From positions 744,001 through 808,000 of the forward strand of contig OZ025650.1 of the NCBI GenBank assembly GCA_964019335.1: a stretch of DNA of 64,000 nt. The letters run 5' to 3'. The stretch is from Diplonema japonicum. Taxonomy: Eukaryota; Protista; Euglenozoa: Diplonemea. Below are positions 46,228 to 57,622 of this stretch, piece after piece. Position 1 is the stretch's first letter. Every line of letters begins with the position of its first letter. Below the pieces are notes generated by a model. It was not told the origin of the DNA and ran no database searches. It saw nothing but the letters and a program-made list of their open reading frames with translations. Position numbers and translations under genes: made by a program.

Positions 46228-49200
46228 ATGCTGAAACGACCCTCGACCACACCGAGAAAGATGCGCAAAGGTTGCGGACCACATGATATGGACATCTTGG
46301 CGTGCGGTGACGTCGAGCAGAACCCGGGGCCAGCCGCGAAAGACGGATGGCTGAAGATAGTCTCGCTGAACGTGAGGTCCCTCAGAGCTAGGAAGGCCGA
46401 AATCGAGAAGGCTATCGAAGAAACAGCGCCGGACATCCTGTGTCTCCAAGAGACACACCTAACATCAGACGATGCGATCCACGGCTGGTTCGAAGGGTAC
46501 AGAGCTTTCCGAAGAGACAGGACGCGACCGAGAAGGAGGAATTTCCCCATAAAAGGGGGCGGCTTACTGACTCTCGTGAAAGAAGGCATCAACGCTAGCG
46601 GTGTCGAAAGGAAGGAGAAGAAAAATGACGTGACGGAAAGACTGGACGTCAAAATATACCCGCCAGGTCAAAAGGAGATCCTCCTGGTGAACATCTACCT
46701 TCCACCAACATCGCCGTCAGATCCGAGCGATGACAGACCGAGCATCGACACCTACTTCAACCCGAACACACTCCCGACAGGGGACAGAACCTTAATCATG
46801 GGGGATTTCAACGCCCACCACCCTCTGTGGGACGGGAGAAGAAAGAAAGAGGACCTCATAGGTGACAAAGTCGCAAAGTGGATGATCGAGAAAGGGATGC
46901 GACCCTGGAATGACAAAGCCACACCGACACTATTGAACACAAGAGGTTCCTTATCATCACCGGACCTGGTGATAAGCGGGCCAGACATGGACTCTAGATC
47001 CTGGACAACCCTCGATTCATGGGGGTCTGACCACATACCCATGTCCATCCGGATAAGAACGAAATACGAAACCGGACCAACCATTAAGAAATTCAGCTTC
47101 AAAAAAGCTGACTGGGAGGGGTACAGAAATCATCTGGAGTACACCCTGAGGCACCTGCAGAGAACAGGAGACCCGGTCAGGCTAAACAAGCAGTTCACTG
47201 AAGCAGTCAAGGAGGCCGCCAGGCTCTTCATCCCAAGAGGGGGAGCGAGAGGCGGGAAAGCGTGGTGGACTGAAGAGCTGACGCAACTGGTTGGAAGAAG
47301 AAACGCTCTGAAGAAGGAGATTATGTCGGACATCGGCATCCCATCGATAGAACAATGCGAGAGGCTTGGTGAAATCAGCAGGCAAGTGCAGAAACAGATC
47401 GATGAAGGGAAGAAAAGAGCGTGGGCCGACTACATGAAGGAGCTGTCTCAGAAAAAGGACTTGGGACACGCTTTCAGGACGATAAAAACGCTCGATGGCA
47501 GGAAGGACAAAGATCCAGTAGCACCACTAATGGCAGGCGGCAAGCTACACACATCGGCGAAGCAAAAAGCAGACGTCCTTGTGGAGCACTACGCAAAGGC
47601 TTTTGCACCCCACCTTAACAAGGACACAAAGAAGATGCTGGACGGTGAAAACAGGAAGTCCAAAGTGATCAAGGACTTGAGGGACAGGGTCACTTGCCCA
47701 GGGATAAGCATGGAGGAACTGAAGCACGCGCTGAGGCAGTTGAAGAAGGGGAAATCCCCGGGCCCAGACGGTGTCTACAACGAGATGCTGAAACACCTGG
47801 GGGGGACGGCCATGGACACATTACTCCATCTGTTCAATATGTCATGGGAGAAGGGAGTGGTACCATCAGACTGGAGGTTCACGCACATAATCCCACTTTA
47901 CAAAGGAAAGGGCAAGTCAAGAAGTGATCCGGCATCGTACAGACCGATATCGCTAACCTCCAACATTTCAAAGACAATGGAGAGGATAGTAAAGATAAGG
48001 GTCGACTACCACCAAGACGTGGGAGATGTGAAGAGGGTGCACAAAATGCAGTCAGGTTTCAGGAAAGGGCGCTCCACAGAAGAGAACGTCCTGCAAGTGA
48101 CCACGAAACTGAACCGCATCAGAGACGATGAGTTCTGCGGCGGACTTTTGCTCTTCGACCTGAAAGGAGCCTTCGACACAGTGTGGCACAAGGGTCTAAA
48201 TGCGAAAATGAGGAGTAATGGCTACCCGCAAAGAATTACGGACTGGGTGGCCGCTTTCCTAGACCAGAGGATCGCTGCCGTCAAGGTGAGTGGCGAAACA
48301 GGGAAGCACGAACACATAACGGGTGGGGTTCCACAGGGAACCATCCTTGCCCCAACCCTCTTCTCGATCTACATGGACGACCTCTCAGAGACGTTCGAAA
48401 AGGAGGTCATTGATGCCGTGATGTACGCAGACGACATTGCGGTGGTGCTGCACGAAAAAGACCTGGACAGCTTGAATGGAAAACTGATGAAGATCCTGAG
48501 GGTTGTGGAGAGCTGGTGCTCGAGAAACTCGATGGTGATCTCCAAGGGAAAGACAGAGTTCCTTCCCGTTGCTGGCATCTCCTATCCGCAGAGAACACTG
48601 AAGGGGAAGATCAGAGCAACTTTCAAGACCGGCGAAGAACTCGAGGTGGTCGAAAAAACAAAGCTGCTCGGAGTCACCTTCGAGGAGGACATGCTTTTCT
48701 CCGAACACTCCAGAGACGTCTTGGAAAGAGGTGAAAGCAGGGTCAGGCTGCTGAGCTGCCTTGCGGGAACGAGATGGGGTTGCAAGAAGGTGGTGTTGAG
48801 GGCTCTATACCTCACATATGTGCAACCAGTCTTCAGATACTGCTTGGGCGTGTACGGGTCATTTCTCCCGAGCGGGAGGAACACGCCCCACGAAGGCATC
48901 AAGAAGCTTCAATACAGGGCAGCGGTGAAGATCACAGGCTGCATCGCGTCATCAGAGACATTCGCGACACTGAACGAAGCGGGGCTGTGGACCCTGGATG
49001 CGCTGATCGAACACGACAGCCTGTTGCTCTACGAGTCACTGATGAGAAAAGTGGACACCGCCGCATACCAGGCGACTCAGCCTCTGGAGGATCTGACCAG
49101 GTACGAGAAGCTCCTACCAAGGAGGACTTGGTCTGACAAACAGAGAGAGGCATCGAAAGCCTACAAACTCCCAGAGAGGACGGGCACACCTCACTCGGGC

Positions 49201-50211
49201 GCCGTCTTCATGAGGAGACTCGCGGTTGCACCCTGGCAAAGATTCGAGGGGCAACTCGTGCTCTCCCCCTTCCTAGACACGCAGGTGAAAAGGACGGACC
49301 CAAAAGAGGTCAGGAAAGAGGCAACAACGAACACCCTGAACAGGTTATGCGAGAAACACGGCCGGGCATTCTGCATGGTGTTCACAGACGGGTCCGTAAA
49401 GGATGGGAAAAACGGAGGCTCGGCCGCCATCCTGCTGCACAACGGGTCCGATGCTGCCTACGGGATCAGCGGTGGACTGTATTCGACATCCTACAAATGC
49501 GAACTCAGGGCCCTGAGGCTAGGGATCCGACTGGCGACAAGACTCTCAGAGAGGAAGCTTGCAAGCCAAGGGATGGTTCTGATATGCACAGATTCGCAGT
49601 CGGTGATACGGAAGATGTGCCAGGGACACATGTCGGCAGCCTCCAAAGATGACTTCGAACTCTGGCAGGAGGTCGCGAGCTTGACAGGCAGAGGCCACAA
49701 GCTAATCGTTCAATACGTCCCGAGTCACTGCGGGTACAAGTGGAACGAGAAGGCGGACCAGAAGGCAAAAGAGGCGAGCGAAAGACTGGCCCACACCCGT
49801 GAGACAGACATTGAGGTGGTTAAAACTCTGGTGAGGAAGCATGTCATCAGAAGCCACCTCCGCCTATGGAAGGATACTGGCGTCACAAAGACGTACAGGG
49901 AGCAGTTTGCCGGAAGTTACGAGAAGTTCGAGGAGCTGGACAGAAAGAAAGAAGTGGCGATCATGAGGCTGAGGGTGGGGAAGAGCCCACTCACTTGCGG
50001 ATACCTACTCATACCCCCAGTCGAGGAGGTCCCGTGCCATCTATGTTCGCAACCCCAGACTCTAAGCCACCTCCTACGGGAATGCCAAGACGGAAAGAGG
50101 ATCGACCAAAGGAGTCAGATCTTCGGTAGCTCCCTTCCTTCCCTCAAAGTCCTCCTGTCCACCGACGCCTGTAAGACCGCCCAGCTCTTGGAGCGGCAGG
50201 GAACATTGTGA
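46228..50211 (+). CDS. Retrotransposon ORF2: 2A peptide, AP endonuclease, reverse transcriptase, RNase H, CCHC finger (start codon uncertain)
   Basis: GDVEQNPGP; SLNVRS, CLQET, GDFNAH, SDH (APE); YRPISLTS, QSGFR, FDLKGAFD, GVPQG, YADD (RT); FTDGS, ELRAL, TDSQS, VPSHCG..NEKAD (RNase H); CHLC..HLLREC. Confidence 0.95.
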   Translation: MLKRPSTTPRKMRKGCGPHDMDILACGDVEQNPGPAAKDGWLKIVSLNVRSLRARKAEIEKAIEETAPDILCLQETHLTSDDAIHGWFEGYRAFRRDRTRPRRRNFPIKGGGLLTLVKEGINASGVERKEKKNDVTERLDVKIYPPGQKEILLVNIYLPPTSPSDPSDDRPSIDTYFNPNTLPTGDRTLIMGDFNAHHPLWDGRRKKEDLIGDKVAKWMIEKGMRPWNDKATPTLLNTRGSLSSPDLVISGPDMDSRSWTTLDSWGSDHIPMSIRIRTKYETGPTIKKFSFKKADWEGYRNHLEYTLRHLQRTGDPVRLNKQFTEAVKEAARLFIPRGGARGGKAWWTEELTQLVGRRNALKKEIMSDIGIPSIEQCERLGEISRQVQKQIDEGKKRAWADYMKELSQKKDLGHAFRTIKTLDGRKDKDPVAPLMAGGKLHTSAKQKADVLVEHYAKAFAPHLNKDTKKMLDGENRKSKVIKDLRDRVTCPGISMEELKHALRQLKKGKSPGPDGVYNEMLKHLGGTAMDTLLHLFNMSWEKGVVPSDWRFTHIIPLYKGKGKSRSDPASYRPISLTSNISKTMERIVKIRVDYHQDVGDVKRVHKMQSGFRKGRSTEENVLQVTTKLNRIRDDEFCGGLLLFDLKGAFDTVWHKGLNAKMRSNGYPQRITDWVAAFLDQRIAAVKVSGETGKHEHITGGVPQGTILAPTLFSIYMDDLSETFEKEVIDAVMYADDIAVVLHEKDLDSLNGKLMKILRVVESWCSRNSMVISKGKTEFLPVAGISYPQRTLKGKIRATFKTGEELEVVEKTKLLGVTFEEDMLFSEHSRDVLERGESRVRLLSCLAGTRWGCKKVVLRALYLTYVQPVFRYCLGVYGSFLPSGRNTPHEGIKKLQYRAAVKITGCIASSETFATLNEAGLWTLDALIEHDSLLLYESLMRKVDTAAYQATQPLEDLTRYEKLLPRRTWSDKQREASKAYKLPERTGTPHSGAVFMRRLAVAPWQRFEGQLVLSPFLDTQVKRTDPKEVRKEATTNTLNRLCEKHGRAFCMVFTDGSVKDGKNGGSAAILLHNGSDAAYGISGGLYSTSYKCELRALRLGIRLATRLSERKLASQGMVLICTDSQSVIRKMCQGHMSAASKDDFELWQEVASLTGRGHKLIVQYVPSHCGYKWNEKADQKAKEASERLAHTRETDIEVVKTLVRKHVIRSHLRLWKDTGVTKTYREQFAGSYEKFEELDRKKEVAIMRLRVGKSPLTCGYLLIPPVEEVPCHLCSQPQTLSHLLRECQDGKRIDQRSQIFGSSLPSLKVLLSTDACKTAQLLERQGTL

Positions 50212-50535
50212 AAAAACTTATAAATTATAATATGTTATACTCTCCAAACATTGAGGTCTGAAGTTGTTAAACGACTTCAGACAGCAATTGTTTCTAACTC
50301 AATCTCTCGACTCTGGCTTCACTCCTATCCTTTCTTTTCACCTCCCTCCCCAGTGTCTTCCCTTATTTTCCATTACCAGGCCCCTGTCCCCCGCCCCCAG
50401 TGTTATTCAAATTTTTCACTCACCTTTCATATAGAAAGAAAAAAGAAAAAAAAAAAAAGAAAAAAAAGAAGGACAGATGATTCAAGCTTCGGTGTACACA
50501 ATCGAGCTTGATTTGAATTCCTTTATTTTGAGAAA

Positions 50536-50595
<60 letters not shown>

Positions 50596-51045
50596 GAAGA
50601 ACGAAACTTAATTGAATTGAATTTATTGGCTCCCGAAAGCCCAACAAGTCCAGCAGACGGTGGAGTTTCACAGTCAGCTGGTTAATTTTTCACAATTGAA
50701 ACTCCTCCAAAGTTCTTAAAATCTGGGAGGTCGTCTCTTGTTACTAGAGGCGGCTAATGCCTCGAGACCCAGGTGCTGCCTGGTGGGTGGGATCGGTTTT
50801 ATTTTATTATGAAAAGAGCGTGGTGAGGGGGTCCAAGTAATTTACTACAGGGAGCAGCGGACCAGGACCCCTCGACCAATGGCTCAGTAACAGAGACTGC
50901 TTTTCACGAATCACTTTCAAACACCTCTCTTGGTTTGAAGTGATGTCCCTTTCCCTTTCCCTTGAATGGTTTTCTCTACTCCCCTTCGATCCTCCCGCCT
51001 GGTAGTGGAATATTTATTATTATTATTATTCAAAAAAAAACACCC

Positions 51046-51117
51046 TCTCCTATGGTGTAGTGGTTAGCACTCGGGACTCTGAATCCCGCGACCGCGGTTC
51101 GAATCCGCGTAGGAGAA
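51046..51117 (+). tRNA. tRNA-Gln(CTG), identical to 42311-42382
   Basis: Same cloverleaf; T7 terminator. Confidence 0.93.
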
Positions 51118-51897
51118 TTTTTTTAGTCTTGTCAGAATTTAACTGTCTGTTCCTTGATTTCTTCGGTCTTAGCAGCTTCACGGCGATCTCTCTGGTTGGT
51201 GAGCTGACATATTTCTTGAAATCTTGGCTGTCAGGACATTGCTCCTTGATTGGCTTTGGACTAACATTATTTTAACACAGGCGATCGATGCTGCTGGGCT
51301 GAACAGAAGAGACAAGAAATAACCTCCTACCAATCTTCGGTTTTTTTGTTCAGGGTTTTTCCTGATCACCCAACCCAAAAGGAACCAGACAGGGAAATCA
51401 ATTCCCCTCCCCCTTTTTGTATCGATTTTTATTCTTTTTTTTTCCTTTTCCCTTCCTTCTTGCCACGGCCTGTTTCACATACTCTCCTCCGCATCCACAC
51501 CCACAGGATGACAGCAAAGGGCGCTGGTCGCTGGATGTGATAATAAGAAGAAATTTCCTCCTGAAAGACAAAATGATTGAATTCAAGAAAATGTTCCATT
51601 TTTCTGTGATTTTATTTTACCCAGTCTTGCAAAGTGTTTTCCATTATTTATATTACCTTAAGTAAATTTTTCTGCCTGGTTATTAAATGGGTTTGGCCCT
51701 CCTATACCCTTCTCTTCCTTTTTTTTTCCTGCACTTGTTGAGTAATTTTACTTTACACCCATTTCTTTTTGTTTTATCTCTTTCTTTTTTGTTTTGTGTT
51801 TGTCGAAAAAAAAAATATCAAAAAAAAGAACAAAAAAAATAAAAAAAACAAAACAAAAAGAGGGTTTAAAAAAAAAAAAAGCGACAATACAAGAACG

Positions 51898-51929
<32 letters not shown>

Positions 51930-52069
51930 AAAAAAAAAAAAATATATATTAAAAAAAAACAATAAAAAAAACAAAAAACAAAAAAAAAAAATCCCTCATG
52001 ACCAAAAGAGAACAAGTATTTGATATTGTTGACACCATTAAAGCAATGTAATAATTTCCATTCAGGAGA

Positions 52070-53600
52070 GATGCAAACGAAAAGATGTGGTTCGTGAATC
52101 AGTCGCGATGACGTTGAGAAAATGGAGTCTGACTTTGTACACCAGTTCAAGTCAATGTTCTCACTTGGAACATCGGTCCCCCTTCACACAACCCTTTCGA
52201 GTTCTGGATGTCCGGCAGCAACGATGCCATCGCTGCCGCTATCGAACCCACCCTGTCCTCTGCAATGGTCTCCGATGTGTTTACCACAGATATGTACTCT
52301 CAGTTCAAGGACACCATAGCCGCAGTTGACAAAATCCCCTCTTGTCTCGAAGTATTCTGGGCTGCAATTAGGGGAATGACCATCCTGGCCTTTCTTGCCT
52401 ATATTGAAGAAAAAAACCACCTCCAGCAGATCGACCCCTTGACTCTCTCCTTGTTCAAAAGGATGGCGTGCACTATCGTCCGTCCCCTGTGACCTGCAGC
52501 GATATGAATCAAACCGCGGTGGGTCCATGGTGGGGTGCGTGGAAGGAGTTTATGTTCAAAACAGACATCACACATGACGGGCGCACAGGGTCCCTCTTCG
52601 GCCTCCTCAAGTCGAAAACCTGCACAGGTGTCGATATCCTTTCCCTTGCAGTCTACGACGCTGCCATGGTCCATGCCTTCGGGAAATCGCAAGCCGATTG
52701 GCCCAGTGCAAGAGACAGCATCTGCAAGCACATCAAAGACCCCAGCGCTAAGGTTCTGGAGGTCCTGTCCAGCAACAAGCAAAATCCACCAGACATTATC
52801 TTCCTCCAGGGCGTGTCCAAAAAAGGTGGTGGACGCCCTACGTGGAGACATCTTGGGGAAGGTGAAGTACGAGGTGAAGATTCGATCCCGACAGGCCCAT
52901 TAACACTGCAGTGCTTCTAAGGATAAGAGGATTCCACCACGGCCATACAGATTTGACTTCGGAGATCTTCCCTGATGCGTCTGGTTCCGCCATTGTCCTC
53001 TTGACAACAAGGTAAATTCCAAGATGATGCTCTCATCCTTCTCGCATCAGCTCGAGACCCTTCATAACTACGTTGTGAAGTCACCGACACCGTGCAAGAT
53101 GCTCGTTGGCTGCTCTGCGAAGCTCGACGACCTGCTAGAAAGCGACCTGCACAACCTTCGGAAGCTCAACACCGTCAACGCCTTCCCACACGGTGCACTA
53201 TGCGAAGACGATGGCACAACAGCGTGTGTCCGAGGCCGTGAAGAAGGTCGACAAGACTCGTGGCGCGACGAAAGAGGTTTCTGATTATGTTGTGTACTCG
53301 CCTGTGGACTGCACAGAGCAGGGAGCGACGGTTGATATGAACGGGAAGGGGGGTAAAGAGGTGACTATGCCGACCATGGAGTTCCCCGTACTACACGGAA
53401 TTCTAACGGCTGCGCTCAATTTGACTAGTGCAACAGACGAGGAGATGATAGCAAGTGTGGCACTGCTGAGGAACCAGCTAGCACCAGCGACGCCTGTTCC
53501 CGCGAAAGCAGCCAAGCCAGTGGTGATGAGGCTGGCAGTCAGGAACCCGTGTCGACAGCCGCGAACCAAACCGCAAATCAAACCACGGCCGGGCCGCCGA
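52070..53600 (+). pseudogene. Fragmented coding-like region (frameshifted or unusually spliced gene)
   Basis: Coding-like composition split across overlapping ORFs at 52122, 52208, 52468, 53024 and 53193. Confidence 0.45.
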
Positions 53601-53664
53601 GACGAATGCACCTCAGGCCTTAGTAGCAAATGTGAGCGAAGCGCTGCAGCTTCCACCAGTCGGA

Positions 53665-54856
53665 ATGGCACACTACATAAACCTTCCAGAGGGTGCGTTG
53701 TACCCAAAGCACGCTGTGGAGTCAAAAGAAGACATTACAGTGACAGCAGTTTGCGACAACGGACTGGGTGACAGGTTTGGGAGTCTGTATTCGGCGGTGG
53801 TGTTGGCGCATCAGTTAAAAGCGAAACTCCACATCATCTGGAACGTGAACAACGAGTGCCAAGCAAGGCTGTCCGTTCTCTTGAGCTTCACAGGCACTTC
53901 CTCCAGCGTTACCAATGTGTCTGTCAGCGACAACCTCGAGACTAGAATGTACGGCAAGGCAGCTGACTTTGATGCCATCCTCACCCTGAAGCATCATTTC
54001 TCTACTGGCCATCTCGTTGGTGCCAATCTAGGCAGCCCGACGCCCCCTGCAAGCAACGAGCAATGGCTCTGTGGTGAAGTGCGTAAAGTGCCATTGGGTG
54101 CGAGTAGTCAGGTTTTGTCATGCACAAGACAGGCAGAGGTATGTGTTCTTACGTTTTGATGATTTTCTTCTTCACAGGAAAGGGTTACGATCACATATAC
54201 TGCACCACATTGACAGGCTGGCACAGGGGTTAAACCTGAAGATGGTACGCTTTTTTTTCTCGGCGGGAAAAAAAAAAAAAAAAAAAAATCCCTTTTAGGT
54301 CACCGCGGCACTGGCGCACCACAACTTCAAGATCAACCCACAGATCATGGCGAGGGTTAACATGTTCACGGAAAGACATAAGATTACCCCAAAGACCACG
54401 GTGGGAGTGCATCTGAGGGGAACGGACGCGAGGATTCCTTTGAGGATGCCTGCTGTGATCATCGATGTGAGGATCAGGTTCGGCACAAGAACGTTTTTCG
54501 TGTGTTCGGATGATAAGGAAGCAGAGCTGACGTTCCTTTCAGCGTTTGTAGGGAGGGCTGTGAACAACACGATGAAGACGCACTACCCTGGGAAGAAGAA
54601 CGAATCAATTGGATTCAGGAACCAGGGGAAGCCTGGAGCAGAGCGCTTCAATGTAGTTAGAGATGAACCCTCCGTGGTGGACGCGCTCACTGACATGGCT
54701 ATCCTCTCTCGCACAGAGCGACCAATCATCGATGGTGTGCTTCGTGATTCCTCTTTCGGGAAGATTTCAACAACGCTCTGCGTCGTACGCTTGTCATGCG
54801 ACGAAGAACTCGCAAAGGTTGCGGAATCTGTCCCTGCTGCTGCACGTCCTGGATAG
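53665..54856 (+). CDS. Fucosyltransferase-like (GT11/GT23/NodZ-like) glycosyltransferase; introns 54139-54177, 54245-54298; apparent frameshift near 54070
   Basis: NGLGDRF, VGVHLRGTD, FFVCSDD, ALTDMAILS motifs. Confidence 0.65.
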
Positions 54857-55380
54857 GGGGGGTTTTTTTTCTGTCACAAAATTGTATCTTTCAAAAAAAA
54901 TTTTTTTATGCAGAGATTTGACTTGTACAGAGCAGAAAAACCATTACTTCTTTTTATAGTAATTTGTATCTCAGACCTTACAGATAACAAGAATCTAAAA
55001 GGTAATTTTAAAGAGCCCGCTTTTTTTTTTTTCTAGCACCCACCCGCACACCGAAATTTATCAATTTTTTTAGCTTTTTTTTTACGATGAGCACCTATCC
55101 GCACCGAAATTTGAAAAATTTTCTTTTCTTACAGCAGGAAGAAAGGGGGGGGGGAGAAAACTCTTGCTCACAGAATTTTTAAAGTTAGGATGATTTTGCT
55201 TAGAAAAAAAAAAAAAAAAAAAAAAACGAGGAAAGACTTATGAGGAAAAGAAAGAGTGAAACAAAAAAAAAACCTAGCTTAAGAAAAGAAATTTCCATTT
55301 TCTTAACCCCCCCCCCCCCCATTCGTTCCCTGTTAAAAACCTAAACGGGAAAGGAAGAGAAATAAGAAAAAAAAAGAAAG

Positions 55381-55659
55381 ATGTCAGACACGCCACAAAC
55401 TTCAGGAAACAAAGTTTCCTTCAAAATTATATTAACCTCTGACAAGAAGCAGCCGTACAAGGTAGTGTCGGTTCCTGAGGAGGCCCCCTTCACGGCGGTC
55501 TTGCGGTTTGCAGCGAAGCAGTTCGGGATCGACAACGCAGATAGCATGGCGGCAACTACTAAGGATGGAACCGGGATCAACCCCGCACAGAACAGCGGTC
55601 TTGTGTTCATGAAATACGGCCAGGAAATACGATTGATCCCAAGAGACAAGGTGGGATGA
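55381..55659 (+). CDS. UFM1: Ubiquitin-fold modifier 1
   Basis: [29 protein letters not shown]...GINPAQ...RLIPRDKVG. Confidence 0.95.
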   Translation: MSDTPQTSGNKVSFKIILTSDKKQPYKVVSVPEEAPFTAVLRFAAKQFGIDNADSMAATTKDGTGINPAQNSGLVFMKYGQEIRLIPRDKVG

Positions 55660-55784
55660 GGAAATCTATTTTTTCTTCCCCCCCCCCCCGTACTTTGCCC
55701 GTACTTTTTCAACAGTCTCCCCTGATTTCCTTTTAACTTTCTTTCCTTCCCACCCGAGAGAGAAAAAAAAATGAAACGGGCACG

Positions 55785-56456
55785 ATGAGTCCTCCAAATA
55801 CCAAAATAGCTGTGTTCCTATTTGTTGTTCATGCGTTACAGGAAGCAACATGCCTCCTAACGGTCCCGTGTGTTGCTGAGCAGGTTAATGGGACAGAATG
55901 GATGGAAGACCCTTGGGTGCCCAAGTGTGAGAATGGTGCGTGGGAGTCAGTACAGTGCAGCTTGGATAAGGAATGGTGTTGGTGTGTAAACACACAAGGA
56001 GAGGTTGAAAAGGGAAGCCAGTTACAAAACTCAGAAAGCGCCCCCGATTGCGGAGGGGACCCCGACACGGGTGTGGCCATCTTTGTCATCATCGGTGTGA
56101 TGATAGTGGTGTCTTTTGCCATTACCTTGTTCTGCCTCGTGAAGCGGTCACACATTCAGGCCGCGCATATTAATGAGGTATTGGTGGACGAGGACTCGAT
56201 GCAGTCTTACTCTCCTTCTTATGTTAACGACTCGTTCACAGCACCTACCATCCAAGAGACGCCTCAGCAACCCCTTGCCACTAACCCTCCTACTCCTCCC
56301 ATTCCAAAAATACCTGCCTGTTTCCTCCCCTCCCCTCTCGTTCCCATTGCTGCTATTGCAAGCACCACCCCTCGTGGTGTAGCAGCCACCACCCCGAGGG
56401 GCACCTCACTGACTCAGACATCAAGTTCGGCTACGAACCAGAGATTGATTGGATGA
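55785..56456 (+). CDS. Single-pass membrane protein with thyroglobulin type-1 domain
   Basis: Signal peptide; PKC.NG.W..VQC....WCWCVN..G; TM helix; Pro/Thr-rich tail. Confidence 0.8.
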   Translation: MSPPNTKIAVFLFVVHALQEATCLLTVPCVAEQVNGTEWMEDPWVPKCENGAWESVQCSLDKEWCWCVNTQGEVEKGSQLQNSESAPDCGGDPDTGVAIFVIIGVMIVVSFAITLFCLVKRSHIQAAHINEVLVDEDSMQSYSPSYVNDSFTAPTIQETPQQPLATNPPTPPIPKIPACFLPSPLVPIAAIASTTPRGVAATTPRGTSLTQTSSSATNQRLIG

Positions 56457-57622
56457 AGGAGGTCAAAAATGTGTGTGTGGGGGGGGGGGGGGGGGGGGAG
56501 TGTTTTCTGTTGCGTATTAGTATTAAATGCAAATAAAGAAAAGGAAAAAAAAAAAAAAAAAGGAATGCAATGATAAGAGTGCACACAGCATTGTAAGCTT
56601 TATCGGGGTTTATTCAATATCCTCCTTCAAAAACCCCACGGGAAAAGGAAAAAAAAGAGGGCAAAGAAGAAAATATCAGTGCTGTTAGCCTCATAAGGAC
56701 AGTTCGCCTAAAGCGGGGGGGGGGGGGGGGGATGATTTAGAAACTCATGCCTTGGTCCCTAACTTCGCAAGTTGCACCCAACATGTGGTTTATTTAATAC
56801 TTTTTGTAGTATTCATCCGTAAGGTTATGCTTCCTTTACCCCTTTAACCCCTTTTAAAAGTTTTATTGGCAGAAGTATTTGAAAAAGGGCAAACCGCCGT
56901 GTGTTGAATTGTGGATATGAGGCTTGAGATCTGGCCTTAACAATGGACCTCAGTCAAACGCAAAAAGATTTTTTTTTTTTTTTTTTTTTTTTTGCACGTT
57001 ATGTTCGGTTCTTTATGTTCCCGCAACCCCCCTCATTCTTTTCCACTTTTCTCTTCTTTCCATTTTTTTTTTTTTAATGTCTCTCTTTTTTTTTCTATAT
57101 TGACATACACTTCTCTTTTGTTTCATTCCCATTCTGCTGCCCTTTCGCTATTTGTCACAAGTCTCGTGTCACTGGGAGAAAAGAAAAGAAGAAAAGGGAG
57201 GAGGGGGGGACACCAATCATTTTTTCTTCGTGAAGCACGATTGCTATCAAAAAGAATAATGAATGACGCAGATTAGAGGGACGGGCTTTGATTCCAAACG
57301 ACTGCAGTGTGTCGTGGGTTCTCTTACCATTACGAGGTGGTTTGTGAGCAAGGGGCGTATCTTTTTTTTTTTTTTTTTTTTTTTTTTTTGCCACGAAAAA
57401 AAAAAAAAAACACAGAAATAACGGAAAAAAAAAAAAAAAAAAAAACCATTCTTTATTATCCTTATTAGTTTCTTTCCCCCCCCTCCTTTTAAACTTCTAT
57501 TACATATCACTCAACAGGGGGGGCGGGGGAGGAGGGTGGTATAAAACACACACAAACCCCCCCTTTTTTTAATTCATTCCTTTTACCCCCCTTTTTTTGG
57601 TGTACTTTGATGTGCAACAAAA

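Larger units (their letters stand above)
44249..51030 (+). mobile_element. Full-length Ingi/I-group-like non-LTR retrotransposon (A)
   Basis: SL + 54-nt UTR + ORF1 + ORF2 + ~820-nt 3'UTR + (TTA)n; TSD CAAAAAAAAAC (44241-44251 / 51031-51041). Confidence 0.93.

Noticed and set aside
50690-50780. HDV-like ribozyme in the 3'UTR (hairpin followed by GGCTAATG)
   Set aside because: P1 and P2 pairings could not be built by eye; an Infernal or RNArobo search would settle it
40822-51124. LTR retrotransposon interpretation (three ~0.8-kb direct repeats next to tRNA sequence as LTR + PBS)
   Set aside because: The repeats are 3'UTRs with (TTA)n tails and variable 5' truncation, ORF2 is APE-RT without integrase, and the tRNA matches are sense-strand 5' ends, not a PBS
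51780-51995. Poly-Lys / poly-Phe ORFs here and in many intergenic tracts
   Set aside because: Artefacts of A/T homopolymer low-complexity sequence
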